This document shows positions 27,023 to 39,537 of a stretch of 64,000 nt of DNA, in pieces (the stretch's first letter is position 1; each line of letters begins with the position of its first letter). A program made the position numbers and the translations under genes. The DNA comes from Hyphochytrium catenoides (lineage: Eukaryota; Protista; Hyphochytriomycota). The stretch is taken from positions 1 to 64,000 of the forward strand of contig FLMG01004575.1 in NCBI GenBank assembly GCA_900088475.1, given 5' to 3'. Under the pieces are notes generated by a model that had not been told where the DNA came from, did no database searches, and saw only the letters and a list, made by a program, of their open reading frames with translations.

Positions 27023-30000
27023 CTATATACAGGCATTCTTTGAAAAGACTTCTTCTTCCACTTCTGGCGTCAAGTCCTTGCGCGATTGTCCCTCTGACGC
27101 TCTCCAGTGGTAGTAGTTGAACTTCGGCTTGACCTGTTCCGCATCTGGAGTTTTTTCTTTCTCGGACCCGGTCTGCACGGCAAGCGTCAGGCTCCAGGCC
27201 CGACCTAGCCTTGACCGCTCCGCTGGTTCAGGGGTGGTGTGACCTAGTTGTCCAACCGCGTCTGCAAACGAGGGAGTTAGCGCACAAGAAGCCTCAAAAT
27301 AAAAGCTAAACATTTGCCTATACCTGCAGATCTATCTCTGAGTCCGGGACTTGGCTCGTTATTATTGACAGGAGGAGATGGAGGTACGCTGGCGTTACTG
27401 CCACTTGAAGGTCTGGCGGTAGCCCTTGGAGCTGTTTTCGCCTTCAGAAAGCTGATGCCTGAACCCACCACTTTCCTTGACCTACAAATTCACCAACGGG
27501 AGAATTTTAGCCTTCGGGCTCAATGGCGGGCAACTCCATCTCACGAAGCGCCCATACTTCCTGGCTCTAACGGTACATGTGAGAGTGACAAAGAGAGAGT
27601 TGTAAACTTACATGAGGGCTGCTTTTCTGGCTTCGGGAATCAGTTGCGTCACCTGTGGAAGTGAGGGTCTGCGTATTCGAGACGATATACCGGACCAGCT
27701 CGCTCGGTAACCACTGACGTCTGTCCCAAAAGCACTAGTGACCAAAGACAAAGGTTATGGCTCGGACGCCACTGATACCGAGGAAAGCACCTCTAGAGCT
27801 TTACCTACCTTTTACTATCTCCTGAGTGCCTCTGCTGGAGACAGAGACGGCATTTGCTAGGGACGTGAGCAGCCAAGACGTCCAGGCCATGTGATTCATA
27901 AGTAGAGAGAACGGAATGGCAAGCTGCAAAGCCTCCGCTGACATAGCAGACGTACTTAATTTGTTTTCTTTGAAGAAAGAGAGAGAGCTTGCCTAATTGC
28001 TTCTTCTGTGCTATCAGAGATAGTTCGGCCTCTGACGACGAGAGATCCTTCAGACACCCACTTGATGGCCAAGGGATGCCATGATGCAGCAAAAGAATCG
28101 CTCGATAGCGGTCCTGGCAGTCTTCCACCTCTTTCACCACCTCCTCCAGCTTCTCCGGGCGCTCCCAGTATGATGGGTCAATCGGGACCGTATTCGGTAG
28201 CCTGAAGAGATAGGAGAATAAGAAGGATGCCACCCCTGTACAGACGGATGTTGCTCCGGTCTCCTTATCCTTCTGACTCTTTCGGCTCACCTGCCCACGA
28301 ACATATCATCACTGCTTCTCACGGCCCTACAGTCGAACACCAGGCATGGGCGACCACCATTGCCACTTAGCCACTCTAGAGCCTCCTCCGCGATTATTGG
28401 AAGGCAAAATGTAGGCACATCTTCCGCAGTACGAGGTTGGAAGGGTGAATCCCACTGCGTGGCGTGAGTCTTCGAGTTATACCAATAGTGCTTCCCTGCA
28501 TAGGTTTTTGACTCCACCCGCGTCCACTGCCATCGGCCGACACCTTCTTCGTTATCCTAAGAGAGGAAGTTTAAATTAAGGGCAATCTGCCAGTGCTCTA
28601 CTGTTATCAACGCTCTCACCTCAGCCTCGCCGAAGCTTATACTTAAGCCTTCTCCAATCCGCGCCTACATTAACATCCGACGTACGGTAAGCTGATAGCA
28701 GTACATTGCAATGGCTGACACTTACCTCCTCCGCGAGGCGGTAGAACATGCTGGGTGTACGTTGCTTGAGGATTCTGCTCTGCCGACAGCAATAGTCCAT
28801 AAATCCTTCGTTATCGAAGAGCTCTGACAGCCTGACACCCATAGTTCCTCTTATTCCGTCTCCTTGACCTTGTATCAGTTCATCCTACACAACATTGGAA
28901 GCAGAATCGTGAGGATAAAGTGTTAGTTGCTACTGCTGTCTCTGCAGCCGTTGGCATCTCCTACCTCCAAAGCCTGGATAGCGCTTAGAGCCACAAAAGA
29001 TCCAAGCTCTAGATCTTTCGTGACAAGCATTTGCTGAAAAAGGGAGAGGACAGCACTTGGGGGGATGGAGCCGGCAAAGTAAGTGCCTAACCATTCATCC
29101 GGGATGCAGTTGGGATCTGGGGCAAGGTATAAAGTCAGGCATATTTTAGCAGAGGATTAAACTTTCCTAGAGTTCCAGTCATAACGCTTTCCGTGTCTTA
29201 CCGAGTTCCCATTCTTTCCATTGATCATCCAGATGACGAGCGAGCCTCGGTGCGTGGTAGTAAAGGAGGACTCTAAAGAGCCGGCGTTTAGCCGCCAGGA
29301 CATTATGTGAGGGCGTAAAGGATTCCTGTGGTACTGGTGAGGAGTAAGTATCCCAGACTCCTTCTAGAAGTCGCCAAAGCGTTGCTTAGGTACCTGGCTC
29401 GGAATGGGAAGTGTGGTTCAGGAGCGCTATAAACTTGAAGATACAGTCGAAGAGAGTGAGAAGCGGTAGGCCCAATAAGAAGAATGGGGCCACAATGTTA
29501 GCCAGGCCCGTTGGATAGTGCATTGATTTTCTTGAGCAATACAACGACAGAATCATCTCCATCTCCGCTCGGGATGACTCTCCTGCGCACAACTGAGTTA
29601 GACTATTTGGCCTTCTCCATACAAAAGGCCTTGCAATACATCTCACCGATACTGCCCGCTATGGAATGAGATGCCATCAAACACTCTTCATGCAAAACCT
29701 CTGCATTAGCGACTGTCGAAAGATCCTGGAAAAGCCCGGAACCGCCTTCTGCTCTCTCACTGACATCCAAAAGTACTCTCCATACGCTAGCTCTCAGTTC
29801 CTCCGGGACATTGGTGCCCAGCCGTAAACAAAGGTCTCGAACTAAGCTAATGTCAGGCACCGGTTCGTCCACCTCCTGAGCCAGCTTCGCCTGGACCTGG
29901 TGGACCAAATGACACACATCAAAGTCATAAGTTGGTATATAATACAAAAGAGTTGAAGAGAGAAGATGAAACAAGGTACAGAATCGAAGTAGAGATCAAA

Positions 30001-30547
30001 GGAGAGGGACAGGAGACCACCCCAGGAGATTAGACAGCCGGAGGTTGAGAAATAGCACAAAAGAGACGGAGTATGGCGATACCTCTTTCCTCAAGCGCTG
30101 GCTCTGGTGTTTCCATCTCAACAAAGCAATCGCTCTTATCTTCTGTTTGAATATGCAGAATCTCTCATCTGTAACATTGCAGTGTGAGGAAGGGCGATGG
30201 AGGTGGTGGTAAGGGGCGTACCTTGACAGGCTGAGCCATCAGCTGGCTCAGGAGAATGTGTCGAGACGCTAGTCTCATCCTCGATCTCCCGACTTGACTG
30301 AGGAGTCCAGTCTTCTTCCGGATGATGATCACGCTTTAGAAGCCATTCCTCTTCGTTATCACTTCTCCTGTCGGACTCCACACTCTATAGGAATATATTG
30401 AGCAACATGGCCAGAATGTTAGCAGCGCCATGAAATTGGTAGAAAGTAGTTGTCGTACACACTCACCAACGAGGCCTCTCCCCTGGGGCTAACGGAGTCC
30501 TTGGCGGACATGGCATCAAAGGAAGACGGTGGTGGCTCGTCAGCCAT
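27023..30547 (-). CDS. TBC (Rab-GAP-fold) + WW + rhodanese-like domain protein, TBC1D23-like
   Basis: VPEELRASVWRVLL, MILSLYCSRKSMHYPTGLANIVAPF, LFRVLLYYHAPRLARHLD, EWLGTYFAGS. WW: WQWTRVESKTYAGKHYWYNSKTHATQWDSP. Rhodanese-like: CLVFDCR...KYVCYVSGGFAACH, HVPSKCRLC. AATAAA lies just after the stop at 27023. Confidence 0.82.
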
Positions 30548-31009
30548 AGTAGGCTAACTCACTGCCCATCGGTTCTGTCACCCTTTTCTAATAGGTCTCT
30601 ACCCTATTCATTCTTGCTTATTGGGATACGTCCTTCACTTATCCTTGACGCCCAGCAGTATGAGGCGGCAATGCACACTTTACGCAGGAGAAACAGACCT
30701 TTCTAACCGCAGAGATAGCCAATGAAGACACCGCTCTTCATCGACTGCCTCTTACCCCTGTTGAATGCCCGTATGAAGATAATCGGATGCTATGGTGACA
30801 CTGTTCTTATCTAGCGCTTGACGATGGTGGAGCTTTTTACTGAAGACGCCGGCAGCTGTTGTCTGATGCGAGTCTGCTGAGTCTTTCCTGGGCTCCTCGC
30901 AGTCCCCATGCCCATCATCATCGTGCTTGTGTCACGCTGCTGCGCTGACGTGCCTGCCGACTGGCTCCTTGTGTGCCCCTCCCTCCCTTTGTGCACGCAC
31001 CATCATCAT

Positions 31010-31235
31010 GTTTCTGTCTGCCTCTGCCTCTCTCTCTCCGCTCCCTCTACTAACTTTTCTCTCTCTCTTCTCTGTGTCTCCCTTCCCTTGTCTCTCTCCT
31101 CCCTCTGTCTTGCACGCCCTCTCTTTCACACGTTTCCCTCCTATCTCGAGCACTTCTTTCTGCCTTTTCTCTGTCTGTCCTGTCTTTCCTCACTCCCTCC
31201 TCTGTCTCTCGATGCTGCTCTCTGTCTCTCTCCTT
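31010..31235. repeat. Degenerate (CT)n polypyrimidine low-complexity tract, intergenic
   Basis: Run of ctctctct/ctgtct units. The overlapping ORFs are L/S- or R/E-rich artefacts. Confidence 0.8.
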
Positions 31236-33701
31236 CGCGGATAATAACAACACGCTAGATCCTCTAATCTTCTTCTCTTGACTAATTTCGGGTCTGATCC
31301 TCTATAGCGGACACCACAACAATTCTGACTCCTTCATTGCCCTTTTAACACTTCAATGAAGATGGAGTACTGTCTAGAGGGGTCGTGTTGATGATGGAAG
31401 GCCTGGGTCCAAAGACTGGTCATTTGGCGCGTCCATTTCGGTTCTGATTTTTTAGAACCGCCAAAAAGCGGAGCCGCTAACGCTCAGCTCCGTCAGTTCA
31501 ATGATGGCTTTTTGACTCGGCTGCACTTTGATCACATGATGACCGTCATTTCCTGTTGGGTTTCTTCTCTTGTTGGGAGGACCAAACTACCTTCATGCCT
31601 GCCTCCATCTGCTTTCTGTCATCATCATGGCACGATCAAGCCTCATTCATGCCCCCTTTCTATCAGTTCTGCGCTCCACCGCACAGCGGAACCGTTCAAG
31701 AGAACTCTAAGATGTCGAGTTGCTGCCCCTTCTTGGTTGCCCACCAATGAGCCTCCACAACGGCTCTTTAGCTTTCTTGCAAGTCCCTCACCACGGCGAA
31801 ATCATGACATGGCGAAACGCCGCCGTACGATGAGCCTTGGTATCGATGTATCTCTTCCTCTCCTCTAGCCTTTGATTGGGCTTTCCAAATTCTTCAAATA
31901 GTCCAGCGGTCGTTGATGGGCTGACAGCTGTACAAGAGAGCTCAGCTCTGAATTACTTCTTAGGTTATGAGCGAGGCCAAGTCTGAGATCAGTCGTGAAA
32001 ATGTTGCATCAACAACTTCGTATCCATGGTGGGCCAATCCAGTCCAATAGATAGAACCACCATAGATGGCGCTTCAGGTTCACCTCCTTGGATGGAGCTA
32101 TCATCGATTATTGGTTTGAGAGTGCTGCCCTTTGGGTAGTGGAACTACAAAAAGAAGAAGTCTCTTTCCTAGACAGTTGTTGAGGAGCCAGAGTAGCAGC
32201 AGGGCTATCTGTCTTGCGGTTTGGTAAAAAGTGAAGGCTGCCCTTCAGCCACAAGGGCTGTAGCCGGATAATACACCCTGCTGCTAGTCGAATATCAGTT
32301 TATTGAGCAAGTGGTCAGTTCAGATAGAAAAGCCACGACTAGTAGGAAAAAATAGCGCACATATGACAGCCGTGTTAGTCTGCCCGCATCTGCTACTGGT
32401 TCTCGTCCGAAGTAGACATGATTGAATGCGAGCAACAATGGTACAATGTACTGATCTATTATGATGCCTCGGGATTCCTCTTGCACGGTGCTGATTACTT
32501 GCCTTTGCTATCCATCAGGTAAGTCGACGACGGCTTGTAAAGTATCGTGCTGGATCGTTTTACCGCTATTGGTTAGTTCCCATTACGCTGTGTGCCCTAA
32601 TAGAATGGTAGCCTCTCTTTGCTAGCATTTGTTGGAATTGCTCTTCGTGGTCGCGTCTTCAGTAAAGGGCTCGGCACACCGATTGAAAGATTATTGTCTG
32701 AGCACCAACATTCCAGTACTGGGGGAGGAGGGTGCGGACAGCGATCATACCATTATCCTGCTGCTCCCGCAGTACCTACTCCCAGTAACAAGTATGAGAA
32801 AGATTCACTAATTAGTAGGAGCGCCAGTCTCGTGCACAGAGCTAGCCTTAAGGAACGACGGCGAAGAAGTAGATATTACAGCCCGATTGGCAGCAAGACA
32901 TCGATAAACCTCCAGTACTGTTGCGACCATAAGTTTCAAGAGACTAGAGGTAATAGCGATAATAGTGCTCGACAAAGCACTCTTGTCAACAAGGAACGAG
33001 GAAGCATATAAAGATTTTCGTTTATTTTTAGTCACATTCAATGCTAGCTGGTTGCTGCCTGTCCGCTGCTTCTTATAGATCTGTGCCGCTAGGAACTACT
33101 TCTGCATGGTTAGTGAGGAGTTAGTCCTCCAATATGAACAAGAAGAAGCGAGGAGAGCAATCCAATCAATGATAAAAGTTGTTGATTATTGTGGATGATT
33201 ATAAAGGATTATGATGATGATGGATACCGACCTGAGTGTAAAGTGAGGACTACCTTGACACAAAGAAACAGTGTATGTCAAATATCGTGTCAATATCGCT
33301 CTGTTTGGTTTCATAGGCTGGTCAGAGCACTTGAAGAGTGTGTAGTCTATATTGACGGCCAGTCAAGGACTTGTCAAAAAACAAAGATTATTCCCAGCTT
33401 TTTCTTCTTTGGCTGGAGAGTGTGTGATTTATTAGCGTATGAAGAACGGAGGGTTCCTGGGTTTCTGGTCTGTGATGTGCCTTTGTCCCGCGTTTTCAGC
33501 GGGTTGTGTTGAGACTTCACCGATGGCACAGTGGACAGTTGATAGATCGAGCGTCAGTGACAAGGGTTTGGAGCTGGCAGACCTTGAGGCGCGTGTAAGA
33601 TCCGATAAGGGAGTCCATCGGCATTCCTTAACTGGCAGTCCTCTTTCCTTGAAAATTGGAAGAAGTGGTTGTCTTTATCTTTCTTTCCGAGTTATTGCAG
33701 G

Positions 33702-34969
33702 ATGAGCGAGAAGAAGCCAAAGAATAGAGGTCGGCACCAAATGCTCTTAGTGATCTGTACGAGGTGGGCGCCTTAATTCTCGGTGGTCTATGCAGGAAAA
33801 TTCAACAAGGGCCGCCATGGCGGTTCAAGGTCGTTTGTTCAGTCAGAGGAGGAGATGCGTCAGCGAGCACAGATTGAAAAGGAACGAGCCATCAGAAGAA
33901 AGGCTAGACGAGGCGACAGTGACGAGGAAGATGGCGACTTTGAGGAGGGTGAGAGTGGCGGTAAGTCCAGTCATGCCCTGCAGGAGTAGAATAATTGGGC
34001 ACTCACCAGGGCACTTTAGACGATGAGGTGGAGTTCAAGGATGATGACGCAGGTGAGGATCAGCAGCTGGCTGACCGAGCTAGAGTAGCTATTGGCCTTG
34101 GAGGAGAAGTTATCCATGTACCCGGAGCTCAAGATCTACCTCCAAAGGTTGTTAGCTTTCTGTGTCAGTCCTCCTCGCATGATCTAAAAGATGAATCTAG
34201 CCAAAGAAGGCATCTGGTGTGGCGGGATTGATCCAAGTTGAAAACCCCAATATGGCAAAGCCTCAAGATAAGGTGATCAAAGCAAAGGACATGAAGGACA
34301 ACTTTGAGCAAAAGCTATCCCGGCGAGAAAGGTTAGATTTAGGAGCCACTTATGCCTGCTTCCAACTCTAAAAGGGATCTCGTCATGCTAACCTATGTTC
34401 CTTTAAAAGGGAAGCCATTGAAAAGGCTCAGGCGGAAGCAGAATATAGGCGTAGACATCTGGCGGGCCAAACGGTAACCTTCAGTCTCACCTTCTTCGTT
34501 ATGGATAACGCTGGCAGTGAATTCATTGCCTTACTCATCAGGAAGAGGCAAAGCGAGATTTAGCACGTTTAGCTGAAGTCAAGAGGAGACGAGAAGAAGC
34601 AGCCAAACGGAAGCAAGAAGAGGAAGAAGGTATGACGGCATTTCGATGTCTTGAAGGCTATAGGTAGCGCTTAACCTTTTCATCACTATTTGCTCTTTAT
34701 ATCCCTGGACAGCCGAGAAGCAGAGGAAGGCTATGGCAGGACAGAAGGCCGATGACGACTCTGACGGTAACTATAGAGCTTTAGCGATGAGAAGAACTTG
34801 TGTGAGATTACATTCGGGCTCACTTCTTGTCTCTTTAGATGAACTGGACTCCATTAAAGTCAAGAAGATGAACCCCACAGAATTGAAAAACGCGTTGAAG
34901 AAGAAGGATTTGTCCACTCAGGGCAACAAGAAAGAGTTAATGCAAAGATTGTTGGACTCGCTCAAGTAG
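33702..34969 (+). CDS. PDAP1: 28 kDa heat- and acid-stable phosphoprotein-like (PP28 domain) with a C-terminal SAP domain
   Basis: MSEKKPKNRGKFNKGRHGGSRSF...; [96 protein letters not shown]. Confidence 0.88.
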
Positions 34970-35047
34970 AAGTATTTCCAGCGTCTCAGAGTCTTTTCTA
35001 CGTATTATTAGGAGGTTACAATGCAAGAATAAATATCTAGTTCGGCA

Positions 35048-36924
35048 CTAAGCAGACTGGGCGGCAGCGGGGAAGCGGTGGGCCCGCCTTTCAAAGGGTT
35101 TGGGTTGGCGAAGGTTATGAGACATAGAATCAATCCCTGGCTTGTTGCTAGAGGGAGAGGCATGCATGGGCTCCGAGGGTGGAGAGTACAGTTCAACTTC
35201 CGGGCTGAGAGGGATTAGCTTGTACAGCTCCTCAGTATCGAAATCCTCTTGGCAAAGGGACGGCCCGCTTATTAGTGAGGTGGTCTCACTTTTTAGAGAC
35301 CCGGAGGTGAGAATGGATGTGCTCAGCGGATCATCAATATAGAGGTGCTGCAGAGTTACTAGTGCGCGGGAGAGCTCTGTAGCAGGCGTCACTTTTGGCG
35401 TGTAAAGAGTAACATTCCCAACCCCTGCTCTGACCTCCGAGGTCACCATTGTCCGAGGAGAAAGTATTTGCTCCTCACTTCGCCCAAGAGGAACAGGGCT
35501 CTTCTCTCCACTCCAAAGGTGAATCAGGCTAGGTTTCCTCTTGTTACCTATAGAAGGCCTTCTAGCAGGAGGGGCTTGACTGTCACTGACTCTCCCTGGT
35601 TCCTTCTCTGCATAATCCTGGTCCCCACCAGATAATATACATCGTAAGCACATCTTGTGCTTGCTGAGACCTAGGGCAGGTATTGCGACCATTCTGGATG
35701 CAGTACAATGGCCGCAGGTCACCTAGGGGAAAGGGACTGATAAGTTTCTCCAGCAAGATCTTGGGAGTTAATGCATATATCATCGAAGCAATACCTCGCC
35801 ACAAAAACGGCAGCGATGACGGAGTCTCAGAGGTCCAAAATTCCGCAGACATATGGCACAACTCGGGCGCTTGCTATTTTGCGTTGAGAGCAATCTTCAG
35901 AAATGAGTTATCGAAAGTAACATGCACGTTTAGCTGTCTTACCGTAAGGGAGGCCAAAGGAGGTCAGGCACGTAACTTTGCGCTGACTTTTGCAGGTGCT
36001 TCTCCAAAACGATACGAAGCTTCTTGAGTATGCTCAGACTCCAATCTGAGCCGTAGTTGTTCCCTATCCAGCCGGTCCAGCCCGCTCGAAGGTCGACTTT
36101 GCTTATAAAAACAACGTCTAAGACACCTTCAGCTGGAGACTGGTAGAAAAGGAAGCCAAAGGTGTCAAAGTATCCTCGCACTAATTTCTCACTGGACCCA
36201 GGTCCACGGACGTTGTCGCAATCAATGCTCTGCATGATATAATATCCAACTTGCCGGCCGCTTTTTGCTATCTTGACACCTGAAGCCTAAGTTAAGTATA
36301 TGGCAAACTTGGGGGTTAGTAGTTGTCATCGAATCTTGCGACAATACGGCTTACCTCCAGAAGAATAAAGTCTCTATCCTTACTAACCGTGCTATCGAGC
36401 CCAAGGACACTATTTATGGGAAGTTTAGGTCGAAGACGGAGCCATTTGAAGGCGATATGTCTTTCGGGGAAGCCTGCGGCCTTCTTGTCAAAGACGCTAC
36501 TCAGGTGCTTGCAGTCCACAAAGCCGTCGAAGAGTTTTCTACAGATCTGCCTATATGCCTCGGTGTCTCTTGTCACAAGGAAACTCAAGACATCGGACAC
36601 GCTCGATCTTATCTTGGCTACTGCTTTGGTGAAGCCCTTGACCAACGGGCCCTTATCGGAAGTCTGGTTTAGAGACACCCGGCGATACCTAGCCGTTGGC
36701 GCTGTCCTTGAAGACCTTTGCGCAAGAAGCTCTTGAGGGTCTAGAGCCCCTTTACTGATGGTGACCCCGTCAACAGCCTCGGTTGGTTTCCATTTCATTG
36801 GACCGCTCTCCCTAGAAGCACGCAAGACCGCATGAAACATCTTCTCAACATATTCCTCATAGAAGATGGCTTCCTCAGGCCCAAGCTGGACAGCATGCAA
36901 CGTGTCTTCTGAGAAGAGCTCCAT
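35048..36924 (-). CDS. START-like lipid-binding domain + FYVE-type zinc finger protein, 4 exons
   Basis: MKWKPTEAVDGVTISKG, AFKWLRL, KDRDFILLE, GYYIMQSI, LVRGY. Spliced finger CAICLRNFGPLRLRHRCRFCGE|VTCGHC...MCLRC. Confidence 0.8.
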
Positions 36925-37574
36925 CGGTCGAGCGCTATGCGATAACAGCAAAAGCCACGAATTTGTTATGAACTCGACAAAGAAACTCTCCTTACTCAAA
37001 CTCCAAATGCCCCCCTCAAGCAAGCACCTCTGACAACCCAGGTAAGCTATATAGGACAGAGGAGTAACGATGATGGATGCGCGACACGACGCGAACGATG
37101 TTCAACACGAGCCCTCACACAGCAAGGCAGCAATAGGCTAACCAATTCTGCGTGTCTTCAGCCGATGGTCAGGCCGCAAGAGGCCAAGAAAGGCTCGATA
37201 AGAAGGTTCAAGAGCCATGCCGCGACAGGCATCGGCGATCTGAGGCTTCGGGTGCTTGTACTGTATGATCCTCGAAGGAGAGGGAGTGAGGCAGGGAAAA
37301 AAGGAAACGCGGATCGAAGAAGTGTACCTACACTTCTCCTTCTGATCCCCACCCACCTCTGCCCTTTCTCATCTCAGCCGTCGTGATCATTCCTTATCAT
37401 AAGAGCTTTAGAGGAACGATTATAGAATATAGTGATAGGGTTATTCCTGACCTTCACTCCTCAAAGGTCACCGCCAGTCTGTACATACACATCCTGCGCT
37501 CATCCATTCTTTTGTGGCTTGTCAATCATCCGCAGCAGCGCGGCTTTTGCCTGCCTTTTTGTTGTGCTGCCTCC

Positions 37575-37620
37575 CCGCCCTGCCTGGCCGCCCTGCCTGG
37601 CCGCCCTGCTGCCTGCCTGT
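37575..37620. repeat. Short tandem repeat (ccgccctgcctgg) x ~2.7
   Basis: Direct reading at 37575-37609, followed by degenerate gcct units. Confidence 0.7.
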
Positions 37621-39537
37621 CACCTCCTTCAACCAGGACAAAAGCCTGGCCACCTCTGTCATAATGATGAGCGACCAACCAGCCGACCTGACCAACCGAC
37701 CGAACTCAGCTCACTGTTCCTGGGGAGCTATCTTCTCATCATGATGGCGGTAGCAGCAGCAGCAAGAAGAAGGAGCGAAAGATGGAGCGAGGATGCACCC
37801 AGTCCCTATCTCTCCTTCTTGGCATGGCGAAAAAGGATGGCACTGCACTGTGTTTTCGAGCTGCGGTTAAGTGATGATACAGCAGCAGTAGTAGTGTCAG
37901 CAAAAGGGCCAAACTGCATTGTTGCTCCAAGAATAGCGTATGTTCCAGTAGCTGAGAGCCCCTCCCAGTTCAACAGCAGGATGACAAGCGCCACGATTGT
38001 CGAGCAGTTGTAGCTCTGCCGCTGGAAGGCATTGTACACGTAGGTTCAATACAGGACAGACCACCTTGTTCCCCTACTCTTATCTGTTCGATTCTTGATT
38101 ATGACCATACTGGCGCGATAGAATAATGAGTACTTCTTGTAGGTTAGCGGCAAAAAACTCTAGGCTCATTGAACCCCAACCTCCCCGCCGCGAGCCGTCA
38201 ATAATTTTGCGACGTAGTGCGAAGCCCATGAAGCTTATGGCTGCTAGCTAGGCCGATGATTATCCTTGAGACTCGATAAGCATCTGGCCTGACCACCTTA
38301 TAGTGGACACCACCAGTAGTCTTGAGCAGCTCACACAAACGACAAATAGGCTACTATGTGATGGACAGAAACTACCTTCTTTACCTGATTGCACTGCTCC
38401 TTCTTAGAACGGCCCTCTAAGTCTAGACTTAGCCTTGAGCAGGGCTGCTTGACCTCGCCCCTCCTCGGAGGAGTAGTACATCATGATAACGACACAAACT
38501 TTTATCCGTCCCTCATCCTCCTTCTCCACAAGACCTTTGGTTGCCCTCATCTCTCCTCTAATAAGTTCCATCATTGTCATCGTCCACAAATTCTCATTCA
38601 GCCCGCTCCCGTTGGCTTCTCTTCCATTTACTACAATAATCGCGGGAGGAGAGGTGCTGCTTTAATCACTCAATCAGAGAAGAGTCCTCGTCTGAACTAC
38701 TACTTACTCAGGATGGCAGCTAGCATCTCGATAGGTAGACGAAGAAGCTCTTCTTTATAAACTCGTAAGACCAAAGTTGCTACCTTTTACAAGAGTCGCA
38801 GTAGGCGCTTCATCATCAGTAACAGCAGCTGAGATTGGTAGAGGTGCGAAATAAGAAGATGGAAGTAGTAGTCGTCTATCCTGCTGCTGCTGACCTGCCG
38901 CAAGAGAAGAAGATCATTGCCACTCTCTGCCCCTCCTCTGCTGACGGGATCATCACTCTCCTCCTTCCGTCCCTCACCCCATGCGGCCTGCCCCTCTATT
39001 ATCTCCTCGTCGTGCTGCTGCAGGCTGCAGGTGAAGCTTCTTGTTCGTCGTTGTAGTAGTCGTTGTACTTGTGTAGCTTCAGGATCTGGAAGTACTTACT
39101 ACTATTCTGTTTTGACCTCCAGCCTCCAGCTCGCAGAATCCGTTACAGGCTTGTCCCGTCTTTCAAGGTTGATGCAGCATTTGTTCTTCAGCCTCCTGCT
39201 CGCTGCTCCTACAAGTACCCTCACAGCGGGCGTCGAGAGGACTGAGCTGCCACAGACGCAGGAGGAGACTCTACCTACGTCAGGTCAAGACTCGAGATCC
39301 AACCCCTCTTGACCTCCATGTGCCTCCGAAGCGTCAAGATGCAGCGAAGTCCACCTTCCACCCGGCCTGGACACTCTTCTCACTCTTCCTTTATAAAATG
39401 GGTGTACGGGGTTGCCATGGATTAATCCGGAGTGGGAACAACATAAACCATTCAAGCGTGGCCCCTTACAAGGGCTGTGTGGACTGGTGTGGTGGTTTAT
39501 CTGGAACAGAACTGCATATCGCACTTGAGGAAGAATA

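Noticed and set aside
30811-31258. Five overlapping ORFs on both strands
   Set aside because: Artefacts of the (CT)n low-complexity tract; no splice-consistent model.
33165-33236. ATGATGA...CTGA resembling a C/D-box snoRNA
   Set aside because: Arises from a (GAT)n run, the boxes are too close together, and no terminal stem or rRNA guide is identifiable.
38775-38800. ccttttac resembling U5 snRNA loop 1
   Set aside because: Lacks the invariant GCCUUUUAC, the flanking stem and an Sm site.
36930-39500. Many short ORFs, including 193 aa at 37432, between the START-FYVE and kelch genes
   Set aside because: Low-complexity sequence with no domain and no transposase/RT motif; cannot be supported as a gene or mobile element.
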